Below, piece by piece: positions 9,583 to 17,640 of a DNA stretch of 64,000 nt. A program made the position numbers and the translations under genes. The notes below the pieces were generated by a model that saw only the letters and a program-made list of their open reading frames with translations, was not told where the DNA came from and ran no database searches. Numbering within the stretch: position 1 is the stretch's first letter; each line of letters opens with the position of its first letter. Source of the DNA: a virus; IMG/VR virus record IMGVR_UViG_3300042486_001390, positions 26,565-90,564 of that record. One strand, 5' to 3'.

Positions 9583-9732
9583 GTTAGCCTCTACAGTAGG
9601 TTGACTTAGTTAGTCCCTCGCGTCAACGAGGGCATATTAATATTGTACTACATTAAATAATCAATTATTCCCCAATATAGAAAATTCTATATTGGGGAAT
9701 CTGGACACAGAAAAAACGAAAATCAGGGAACC

Positions 9733-9826
9733 TGCTAACAAAAACAACAAACTAATAAAACCTATATACATCAATACTTTTCACTGTTAATACACTGCTA
9801 ACAATCTGTTAACAGTGTATTAACTA
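9733..9826 (-). repeat. Diverged copy of the multi-box arm element
   Basis: AACAA boxes, central AAAACCTATATACATCAATACTTT, TGTTAA/TTAACA boxes. Confidence 0.55.
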
Positions 9827-9855
9827 AAAACCCGTCAATCAATTGACGGGTTTTG
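9826..9855. terminator. Bidirectional intrinsic terminator
   Basis: AAAAACCCGTCAAT-CA-ATTGACGGGTTTT. Confidence 0.75.
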
Positions 9856-9856
9856 A

Positions 9857-10177
9857 TTAATTAAATTTTTTGTACTCTTGTAGTATTAGGTCGGTTGCCT
9901 CCTCAATTCGGTTTCCTTTTGATAGTAGTTTAAGAATTTTAGCCAAAACTTGTCTGACTCGTTCTTTACCTATTCCTAATTCTGCTGTAGTTGATGCCAC
10001 TCTAAAGCGATAGTTCCGATGCCGGGAAGTAACAGGCACTGGGTCAAGATTGTTGTTTTTTGCCCACACCAGATAGATGTAGGCTTGTCTGGAAGTTATC
10101 ACTTTTGTTTTTCTAGTCTTAATTTTTGAAAACATTTGGCGGATCGTGCCATCAAGATCAAGTAATAAAGCTTTCAT
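9857..10177 (-). CDS. Hypothetical DNA-binding protein with a HAD motif-I fragment at its start
   Basis: MKALLLDLDGTIR, then a sigma-r4-like ELGIGKERVRQV. Confidence 0.45.
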   Translation of the reverse strand: MKALLLDLDGTIRQMFSKIKTRKTKVITSRQAYIYLVWAKNNNLDPVPVTSRHRNYRFRVASTTAELGIGKERVRQVLAKILKLLSKGNRIEEATDLILQEYKKFN

Positions 10178-10204
10178 TTTTTCAAATTTTCCCCTACTTA
10201 AGCT

Positions 10205-10298
10205 TCAGGACATCCCTAGTAGGGATTAGATAAAGCGCACGCGACTACGACTATAGTACATAGTTTCAATTCCTAATAGGAGTTCTTTGTGCAGCTAC
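10205..10298 (-). CRISPR. Phage-borne mini-array / crRNA-like unit (type I-D-like repeat, ~21-nt spacer, degenerate second repeat)
   Basis: Minus strand GTAGCTGCACAAAGAACTCCTATTAGGAATTGAAAC (36 nt, hairpin plus ATTGAAAC handle), then TATGTACTATAGTCGTAGTCG, then CGTGCGCTTTATCTAATCCCTACTAGGGATG. Confidence 0.65.
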
Positions 10299-10344
10299 CT
10301 TAAGTAAATCACTTAATTCTTGATAAGTGTTTTGCCGTGCCACT

Positions 10345-10806
10345 TTAGGCACTGGCACGCTGAGAAAAGCGGTAACATACCTCTTGATAGGAGATGCTTT
10401 GGATTTCTCCTTTGACATTTTCAAATACCCAGTAATCGCCGTCGCTGTCTTGGTAGATAGCATTTAAATTAATAGGAATTTCAAAAGTTGCTGCCACCTC
10501 TCCTTTTTTGCCTTCAAATTTTCGGCTTACAGGCTCGATAAACTTCTTAGTGAATCCACCGTGCTTAATATCTTTTTCGGGTGAGATTTTCGCTACCCAT
10601 GCTCTCCAAGCGCGGCGAGGAGTTTCTAGGGTAAGAGTGCGAGTTTTAGGCAATCTTTTAAAGCTTACGATAGTATTTTTCTCGATTGCTTCGATAGCGG
10701 CTTCTACCGCTAAGATTTTTTCAATTAGTTTACGCTGGTTTCTCCGTCCTCTAGTAATCGCTAGTTGAGCGTTTAGTCGAGCCAGTTTAGATTGTAGGTT
10801 ATTCAT
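10345..10806 (-). CDS. Hypothetical protein with its own promoter
   Basis: 153 aa; AGAGGA RBS; upstream TATATT and a GTGACA-N10-TGTCAC palindrome. Confidence 0.7.
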   Translation of the reverse strand: MNNLQSKLARLNAQLAITRGRRNQRKLIEKILAVEAAIEAIEKNTIVSFKRLPKTRTLTLETPRRAWRAWVAKISPEKDIKHGGFTKKFIEPVSRKFEGKKGEVAATFEIPINLNAIYQDSDGDYWVFENVKGEIQSISYQEVCYRFSQRASA

Positions 10807-11141
10807 TTGATTTGTCCTCTTTGTTTTGCTTACATTCCTAATATAGATCGATCCTCTTGATGAGTGTTGGCAAAGTGTGACAGTTTATCAAGTGTCACTG
10901 TGGATACTTTTGTACTGGACTGATTGAATATCCGATTTATTGCCGATTTTCAGTATATTTGGTTGTTATACGTCCATTTTTATTGATTATTACCGTTGAG
11001 AATATCACTAAGCATTTTTAACTACTATAGAAGTTCCTTCCTTTAGATCAACTTAATTTTATCGGTTTATTTTTTGGTTACACGGCACAAAATTTGTTAA
11101 TTTGGCATAATATTGATTAATCGAGATTACATTTTAATTTA

Positions 11142-11831
11142 ATGCCAAGACGAAAAAAAGTACCACCAAATAACTCAACCCCAACCCCTAAAAGCCCTGT
11201 ATCAGGTAAGGCTAGTCGGTTTGATAATCTAATACCAAATGTACCTATCGAGTTTGGTCATTATCCAATTTGGGAAAGACAACCCTACGAAATGTCTCAA
11301 TGGTTTGAAAAATTTCAAGCTTTTTATATCCATCTTCCTGCGGGGTACAGGACATTAAATCGTGCTTTTAATGATTGCGCTATGTCGGCAGGTGAGGAAA
11401 TTCCAAAGACTGAAAGTAAACGCAGTATCACCGTTCCAGAACAATGGCAATTAGCCTATAAAATTTATCGCTGGGAAGATCGAGCTAAAGCATATTGGCT
11501 TAAAAAAATACAAGATCAAGAGGCTTATAGAGATGGAATTTTAAGCCAAATAATAGATAAAAGCATAAAGAATGCTTTTAAAACACTCGAAAAAAGCGAA
11601 GAGATAAACAATCGTTCGCTAGACGATCCTAACGGTAATTGGAGTCACAAAGACGCTGTGATCATGACTAAAGCTGTCACGGAAATAGTAGAAAAAGCAT
11701 TAGGGCTTGACACTGTAGAATATGCTATTAGTATTTTACAAAAAAATGGGTTGGCCGCAATCGACCCCGACGGGAACCTAATAGGACAGCCAACAGATAA
11801 AGGTAATTTAGAAGATGAAACTATCTTATAG
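11142..11831 (+). CDS. Putative terminase small subunit
   Basis: Overlaps terL; WERQPYE...YRWEDRAKAY pattern seen in terS-like proteins. Confidence 0.6.
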   Translation: MPRRKKVPPNNSTPTPKSPVSGKASRFDNLIPNVPIEFGHYPIWERQPYEMSQWFEKFQAFYIHLPAGYRTLNRAFNDCAMSAGEEIPKTESKRSITVPEQWQLAYKIYRWEDRAKAYWLKKIQDQEAYRDGILSQIIDKSIKNAFKTLEKSEEINNRSLDDPNGNWSHKDAVIMTKAVTEIVEKALGLDTVEYAISILQKNGLAAIDPDGNLIGQPTDKGNLEDETIL

Positions 11832-13452
11832 AAATCTATCTAAGATAAAAGCAGCGACCGAAAAATATAAACTTGTTAATACCAAAGAAGAAATTGTTTT
11901 CCCTCAATTACAAGAGGGAAAACAAGCTTTATTTGGGGAAATTGATGCTGATGTAATCTTCTATGGCGGAGGCGCAGGAAGTGGCAAGAGTGCCGGGCTA
12001 TTAATTGATTTTGCCCGTCAAGAATTTATTAGCAATCCTGACTATCGGGCTGTTATATTTCGTCGGACGTATCCTGAATTTACTCAAGCAGGTGGACTAA
12101 TAGATGAAAGCCAAAAAATCTATCAAGCAGTGAAAGGTAATTTTATTGAAAAGCCTCCAGGGTGGCGATTTCCATTTGGATCAAAAATATCTTTTAGACA
12201 TTTGCAATACGAAAAAACTGTCTATGTTTATCAAGGGGGACAAATTGCAAGGATAGGTTTTGACGAATTAACCCATTTTACAGAAGAACAGTTTTTCTAT
12301 CTTCTCTCTAGAAACCGTTCAGTATCGGGAATTAAACCCGCAGTTAGGGCAACTTGTAACCCCGATGCTGACTCTTGGGTAGCTAGTTTTATCTCTTGGT
12401 GGATCGACCCTAAGACTGGGTATGCTATTGAAGAAAGAGGGGGAATAGTTAAATATTTTATTAGACGAGAAAACATAATCCACTGGGCTGATACTAAAGA
12501 AGAACTAATCGATAAATTTAGTCTTAAAGATGAACTTTTTGACCTTATTCCTAAAGATAAAAGAGAAAAGTTTTTATCAAATACAGATACTAATATTACA
12601 CCAGATAATCTGATTAAGAGTTTTACTTTTATTCCAGCTACGATTTTTGATAATCCAGCTTTAATTAGGGTTAATCCTACTTATTTGGCTAACCTTTACG
12701 CTTTACATCCTATTGAGCGGGAAAGACTTCTCAGAGGTAACTGGAAAGTTAAATATGAAGCTGGTACGGTATTTGATCGGACTTGGTTTGAGATTCTCGA
12801 TAAAATCCCCGATAGTTGGAAATTAATAGGTAAAGTGAGATTCTGGGATTTAGCGGCAACTGCTAAAGAGAATGCTGAGAATTATCATTGCTATACCAGT
12901 GGCACTCTTGTCTATAAATACCAAAGAATTAAGAATACACTACCAGATTCAACCGAGATTAAGGAATTTACTTATGTGATTGCGGACAATATCTGTGAGC
13001 AGAAAAAGGTAGGGGAAGTTGAATTAATGCTTAAAAATACTGCTGAATTGGATGGGAAAACTGTAGCTGTAAGATGGGAACAAGAAGGGGGATCGAGCGG
13101 TAAATTTGTTGAAAATACCATTACTAATGTAATTAGAGAAAATCATCCGAACCATGACGTTAAAGCGATCGTACCTCAAGGGGATAAGCTAACGCGAGCT
13201 TTACCAGTAGCCACGGCAGCTAGTCGGGGACAAATCTTTATCTTAAGAGATGGGACGTGGAACACTCGGTTTTTAAATGCCTGCCAGGGTTTTGATGGTA
13301 GCAAAAAAACACCCCCGACTAACGACATCGTAGATAGCCTATCGGGAGCATTTTATTCCCTTGAAAATGAGTTTCAAGAACATGAGAGAATTATTAGCAC
13401 GATTGTTACTTCTGCTCCTGTTAATCGGTTTAGAAGCGGTTTTAGGGGTTAG
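11815..13452 (+). CDS. terL: Terminase large subunit
   Basis: Walker A YGGGAGSGKS, Walker B FDELTHF, ATCNP, nuclease WDLA...DIVDSLSGA. Confidence 0.95.
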   Translation: MKLSYRNLSKIKAATEKYKLVNTKEEIVFPQLQEGKQALFGEIDADVIFYGGGAGSGKSAGLLIDFARQEFISNPDYRAVIFRRTYPEFTQAGGLIDESQKIYQAVKGNFIEKPPGWRFPFGSKISFRHLQYEKTVYVYQGGQIARIGFDELTHFTEEQFFYLLSRNRSVSGIKPAVRATCNPDADSWVASFISWWIDPKTGYAIEERGGIVKYFIRRENIIHWADTKEELIDKFSLKDELFDLIPKDKREKFLSNTDTNITPDNLIKSFTFIPATIFDNPALIRVNPTYLANLYALHPIERERLLRGNWKVKYEAGTVFDRTWFEILDKIPDSWKLIGKVRFWDLAATAKENAENYHCYTSGTLVYKYQRIKNTLPDSTEIKEFTYVIADNICEQKKVGEVELMLKNTAELDGKTVAVRWEQEGGSSGKFVENTITNVIRENHPNHDVKAIVPQGDKLTRALPVATAASRGQIFILRDGTWNTRFLNACQGFDGSKKTPPTNDIVDSLSGAFYSLENEFQEHERIISTIVTSAPVNRFRSGFRG

Positions 13453-13636
13453 TGGTAGTCCATCCACATTTCCAAACGATACCAGAGGTGTTAATGTTAA
13501 TACGCTCTATTTCAATTGGATTGTCGTTATTGCTATCAAAATAATTACACCAATGCCAGATAGCTTCTGTTTTTGATTCCGATACAATAAGAAGACTAAA
13601 TGATGTAACTGAATCTTTAACTAGGTACAAATTCAT
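13442..13636 (-). CDS. Hypothetical protein
   Basis: 64 aa ORF at the end of a minus-strand operon. Confidence 0.5.
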   Translation of the reverse strand: MNLYLVKDSVTSFSLLIVSESKTEAIWHWCNYFDSNNDNPIEIERININTSGIVWKCGWTTTNP

Positions 13637-13654
13637 AATAGTTGTAAAAATATT

Positions 13655-13945
13655 CTAATTAATTTGATTTACTAGAGACTCTCGATAAAGTCTTTCGCGT
13701 TCTATCCAGAAACGAGCAGAAGGTACGCCTAAAGCTAATTCCATTTTATAAGCAATACAAACAGTAATTTCTTCTTTACCTTTTATGAGTTGATTAATAG
13801 TCTTTTTCGGCAACCCCATGCGACTAGCAAATTCAGTTCTAGTTATTTTTCTTTCTTTTAGGATTTCACTAAGGGTTTCTCCTGGTGGAGAAACAAAATC
13901 TGATGTATATTTATTTTCAATAGTATTAGTCATAGATTTGATCAA
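13655..13945 (-). CDS. HigA-like HTH antitoxin/regulator (orphan)
   Basis: SPPGETLSEIL...EFASRMG...TINQLIKG...LALGVPSARFW. Confidence 0.8.
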   Translation of the reverse strand: MIKSMTNTIENKYTSDFVSPPGETLSEILKERKITRTEFASRMGLPKKTINQLIKGKEEITVCIAYKMELALGVPSARFWIERERLYRESLVNQIN

Positions 13946-13948
13946 TAG

Positions 13949-14482
13949 TTATAAATAATCATAAACAAAATAATTAACAACTTTAATAGCTTCCTTGACT
14001 CTTGGAATAAAGTCAATATCTAAGCTGATAAACATAAAAGGGTCTTCTGTTTTTTTTGTGTTTTTTAGTTTATGATAGCACGAAATATCTAGTAATAAAA
14101 TATCTCCTGCTTTTAAAACCAATCTTTGTGTATCTTTTCTTTGGACTAATAAAGAGTTTATTTGATCATCCATACTTTTAAAGGGAGTATAATTTTTTAA
14201 GAGTTTTTCTAAAGTATTATTGTTTACTGTAGAAGAGTAGAGTTCATAGTTGTCACTCTGAACAACTAAAATAATTGAATATTTTCTACCCTTATAAATG
14301 TCGTCAGTGTGCCAATTTACTCCTATCGTTCCCCATGAAGCATAAGAGTCTTCGCACGTATCATAAAGAGGGTGTATATTGTTATGTGTTACGAAACACT
14401 TAGTGGTATAACAAGAATCAGTTGCTATTTTGTTTAACCTGTCTAAATTGTGATATTCGCCTAATTTATACAGAGGTTTCAT
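13949..14482 (-). CDS. 2OG-Fe(II)-oxygenase/cupin-like protein
   Basis: WHTD...LKAGDILLLD..CYH, an HxD...H triad. Confidence 0.55.
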   Translation of the reverse strand: MKPLYKLGEYHNLDRLNKIATDSCYTTKCFVTHNNIHPLYDTCEDSYASWGTIGVNWHTDDIYKGRKYSIILVVQSDNYELYSSTVNNNTLEKLLKNYTPFKSMDDQINSLLVQRKDTQRLVLKAGDILLLDISCYHKLKNTKKTEDPFMFISLDIDFIPRVKEAIKVVNYFVYDYL

Positions 14483-14531
14483 TTTTTATTTGGTTGATGA
14501 TTGTTGACTGATAGCTGATAACTGATCGAAA

Positions 14532-15059
14532 CTAAGTAAATAATCTTGATGCAATACTAAGTAAATACACCCATTCTTCTTCAAGCATTAACATCATTCC
14601 AGAAGGATCGGGATTGGTAAGTAAGCAAAAGCTTACTTCGTCTATGCGATCACTGTCGTAGAATAACTCAATATCAGTATTTGGAAATACTGTCATAAAG
14701 CCAAATTTAAACTTGGCATTTTGACGATTTTCGCAGGTTAGTGTAGCTGAATGACTTGGATTCTCCCACGGAATACGATCTCTAAAGCTTTGATAAGTTA
14801 TTTTTAGTTTCCAGTCAATAACTGAGGGAAAGTCTTCTTTAAAATGTTCTTCCTTTACCCATTTAGCAATTTCGTCGATTATCCATTCTTGATCTTTTTG
14901 GATGAAGTAGTGAACGCCTTCTGAATATCGAAACGGGAATAACTTTGTTTCGTACCAGTTTAACTTGAACCCTTGCGGGTCTGAGTCAATTTTAGGGAAT
15001 TGCCCTATATCCATCATTGTCATGGTTTTTACTCCTAAATAAATTGTTTTTACTGACAA
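14532..15059 (-). CDS. DUF6876-like protein (likely start ~15023)
   Basis: YSEGVHYF...WIIDEIA; paralog of 18219..18626. Confidence 0.6.
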   Translation of the reverse strand: MSVKTIYLGVKTMTMMDIGQFPKIDSDPQGFKLNWYETKLFPFRYSEGVHYFIQKDQEWIIDEIAKWVKEEHFKEDFPSVIDWKLKITYQSFRDRIPWENPSHSATLTCENRQNAKFKFGFMTVFPNTDIELFYDSDRIDEVSFCLLTNPDPSGMMLMLEEEWVYLLSIASRLFT

Positions 15060-15281
15060 CTAATGATTGAGCAGATAATTTTCTAGTTCTTCTTCCGTGT
15101 AATTACATACAGGACGGTAATTTAATTCTTTATGGCAAAGATCGTAAAATTCAGCTTTACTGCCTGCTTTTTCCCATATCCAATGAATCATCTCACCGTC
15201 AATTCCTTGATTAATTGCCCACATATCCGCTTCAATTTTCTCAGATTCATCTTTCCAGTTAGAATTTTGTTGCTGTGTCAT
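15060..15281 (-). CDS. Hypothetical protein
   Basis: 73 aa ORF. Confidence 0.55.
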   Translation of the reverse strand: MTQQQNSNWKDESEKIEADMWAINQGIDGEMIHWIWEKAGSKAEFYDLCHKELNYRPVCNYTEEELENYLLNH

Positions 15282-15333
15282 GATACTTAACTCTTAGTGG
15301 TTTTTACTGACAACTGATAACTGACAACTGATA

Positions 15334-16650
15334 CTATTTTTTGAGAATGAGTTTAGGCTTTTTGCTAAACTCAACTGGTAGGTTTTTTTGCTGGCAGACA
15401 GTCCGGCAATCTGTCCATCTTTTACCGACCTTAGCAAGATAGGAGTCTTGGTTCCACTCCACCTTGTACCCTGCTTTTTCGCAGGCTGTCTTATAAGGAA
15501 ATTGAGATTCCTTCTGTCGAGCAGTAATCTGCTCTTCTCTAGCCTTTTCTAAGGCTTCTAGCTCGTTTTTGCGAACCTTAAAGGCTATGGCTTCGATTAC
15601 TGCTCGATGCAGTTCGGTAGCATCTTTCGGAAAGGATTCATAGCCATTTCTTAAATCGCGGCTACGGACTACTACCCGTCTTTCTTCGCCACTCGTAAGC
15701 CTTATTTGAATCCCTAGAGATAGGGATTCTTCGACAAGTTGGGGGAATTTAGCCCCAAAATCTTCAATCAATTTTTGATTTTCCGAAACTTCCGAAACTT
15801 TAGGAGCAGGTTCGGGTTCGGAAGCCGCTTCTACTTCTACTACTTTAGGATTTTCTATATCCCATTTTTTTCTGGTCCAATAACCAGAATAATGGTTTAA
15901 TAATACCCACTCTTTTTCTGATCTGGGTTTTGGAGGATCGGTTAACTGTTTGGCTTCCCCGCTGGGAAGCTGGTAGTTTACGACCCGAACGGTCACATAA
16001 CCGCCATGGGATCTCGATCCCATTCCGTCAGATGAAGGGGTATCTGACCCCTCGGAATAGAACCTTTCGGTTCTTTCATTGATTATTATGCCGTGTGTCA
16101 CGGCATAATAATCGCTATTTTCATAACGGTCGTATTTTTTTAACCTGTCTTTGATTGACAGGTAGTTGCCCCACTCTTTTTCCCGCGCTTCTTCCCGCGC
16201 TTCTACGGCTCTTTTTTCCGCTTTTTCTCTTTCGGCTTGGCCGGCAATCCAAGCCTCTTTCGCTTTCTTAGAAGCCTCTTTAGAAGCCTCTAAAGAGTCC
16301 AGATAATTAATGATTATCTGGTTGATTTCATCTTCTTCGAAACCTACTGAGTAAGTTAGGGAATTGAGATCAATTCCCCAAGCACCTGCCCACAGACTTC
16401 CGTCTGTAGTCATTTCCTCCTCGCTCGGTAAATATAAACCAGCGTAATCGCCGGTTAGTTGAGCCATTTCTGCCGTAACAGGAATCTCTGCCCAACTGGC
16501 AGTAGGCAAAGGGACGAGGCGGTCTTCAAACCCGTCATTGTACCAGAAGCACTCCCCTTCTCCTTGTACCGCGATCACTTTGCTTTCAAACAACAGACCT
16601 CCGTCCTCAGTGTCAAAGGGGATGTATGCGACGGTGATTTGAGATTTCAT
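15334..16650 (-). CDS. Hypothetical protein with its own promoter
   Basis: 438 aa, charged helical segments, somewhat higher GC. Confidence 0.75.
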   Translation of the reverse strand: MKSQITVAYIPFDTEDGGLLFESKVIAVQGEGECFWYNDGFEDRLVPLPTASWAEIPVTAEMAQLTGDYAGLYLPSEEEMTTDGSLWAGAWGIDLNSLTYSVGFEEDEINQIIINYLDSLEASKEASKKAKEAWIAGQAEREKAEKRAVEAREEAREKEWGNYLSIKDRLKKYDRYENSDYYAVTHGIIINERTERFYSEGSDTPSSDGMGSRSHGGYVTVRVVNYQLPSGEAKQLTDPPKPRSEKEWVLLNHYSGYWTRKKWDIENPKVVEVEAASEPEPAPKVSEVSENQKLIEDFGAKFPQLVEESLSLGIQIRLTSGEERRVVVRSRDLRNGYESFPKDATELHRAVIEAIAFKVRKNELEALEKAREEQITARQKESQFPYKTACEKAGYKVEWNQDSYLAKVGKRWTDCRTVCQQKNLPVEFSKKPKLILKK

Positions 16651-16750
16651 AACTTTGTCCTCTTGTGTTTTGCTTACTCTCTTATCTTATGACATTCTCC
16701 CAATAAAGTCAAGTGGGTGGGAGAATCTTTTTTGAGCAGATGTACTACTT
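16651..16750 (-). promoter_or_regulatory. Sigma70 promoter with TTCTCCCA/TGGGAGAA operator
   Basis: TTGACT-N17-TAAGAT; inverted repeat at 16694-16726. Confidence 0.8.
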
Positions 16751-16865
16751 ATTAATCCCAAATAGTTGATAATGATAACTGATAACCTTAATCTTCTATG
16801 CGCCAATCTGCATTTGCTACAGCATCATCTTATTAGGTTTCACCGTTGAGTACTGATTGGACAAC

Positions 16866-17132
16866 CTACCCCTTTATCTGTTTTACACACAAATATCCTC
16901 TATTTCCGTCAGAACGACGGAAATTCAATTCGGTAAATGTTCCACACCTCCAAGATGGAAGCAATAATACTTTTGGGTTTTCGTGTCCTTGTGATGTAAG
17001 GTAGTGATTAGCTTTGTGGAGTGTTTGACCTACTCCAAACACTGCCATTCCGATTAAGGTAGCAATCAAAAGATACGATGCGTTCTCTAGCCTTGCAATT
17101 GTTCCTAGTATTTTTCTGGATTCCTCGTTCAT
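16866..17132 (-). CDS. Small membrane protein (start MNEES at 17132)
   Basis: One hydrophobic helix; its GAGG RBS lies inside the hammerhead. Confidence 0.6.
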   Translation of the reverse strand: MNEESRKILGTIARLENASYLLIATLIGMAVFGVGQTLHKANHYLTSQGHENPKVLLLPSWRCGTFTELNFRRSDGNRGYLCVKQIKG

Positions 17133-17200
17133 GCTATCCTCATCAGTGCCTAGAATTGAGCCGCTAGGCATACGGGAAAGGTTCCCGTTTCGGATCGGCT
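17133..17200 (-). ncRNA. Type II hammerhead ribozyme
   Basis: Minus strand AGCCG ATCC GAAA C GGGAA-CCT-TTCCC GTA TGCCTAG-CGGCTCAATT-CTAGGCA CTGATGA GGAT: all core nucleotides, three stems, and a loop-I/5' flank pseudoknot. Confidence 0.92.
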
Positions 17201-17585
17201 AGGGCTTTTGTAAAAACAAACAGCCTAAAACATTTGAGGGGTTAGACTCATCCCGGACGATTGCACCGGGGGCAAGGCAGTCCGTCCGTCCTTGTTTACT
17301 AGCGGCCGCCGCCACTAGCCCAGAGACAATGTAGAAAGTTTCCCCGTCTGCATCTGGTAGCCCCTCAATATCCCCGTAAATAACGGTTTCTACTGGGATA
17401 CCGTCAATGGGTTCTGCGGGTTCGTTGGACATTTTAACTCGCGGGAGAATCCCCGATGCGGGAATTTCCTTAAGAATCACAATCTTCTCTTTGTTTCCCA
17501 GAAACTGTTTCTTTGCATCTTGGGTGATGCCAGCTTCTTTGTTTAATATGGTGATAGTGTGAGGGGTTGCGTTGACAATAGCCAT
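17199..17585 (-). CDS. Conserved phage protein (N[A/L]TPH family)
   Basis: MAIVNATPHTITI...YIVSGLVA...VRDE; AGGAG RBS before 17585. Confidence 0.7.
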   Translation of the reverse strand: MAIVNATPHTITILNKEAGITQDAKKQFLGNKEKIVILKEIPASGILPRVKMSNEPAEPIDGIPVETVIYGDIEGLPDADGETFYIVSGLVAAAASKQGRTDCLAPGAIVRDESNPSNVLGCLFLQKP

Positions 17586-17640
17586 GGTTTTTACTCCTAA
17601 ATAATTGTTAGCTGACAACTGATAACTGATAACTAATTTA

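Noticed and set aside
16790-16865. Possible structured RNA (CCAATC/GATTGG stem with inner hairpins)
   Set aside because: Stems are short and no known motif is recognisable; not distinguishable from chance by eye.
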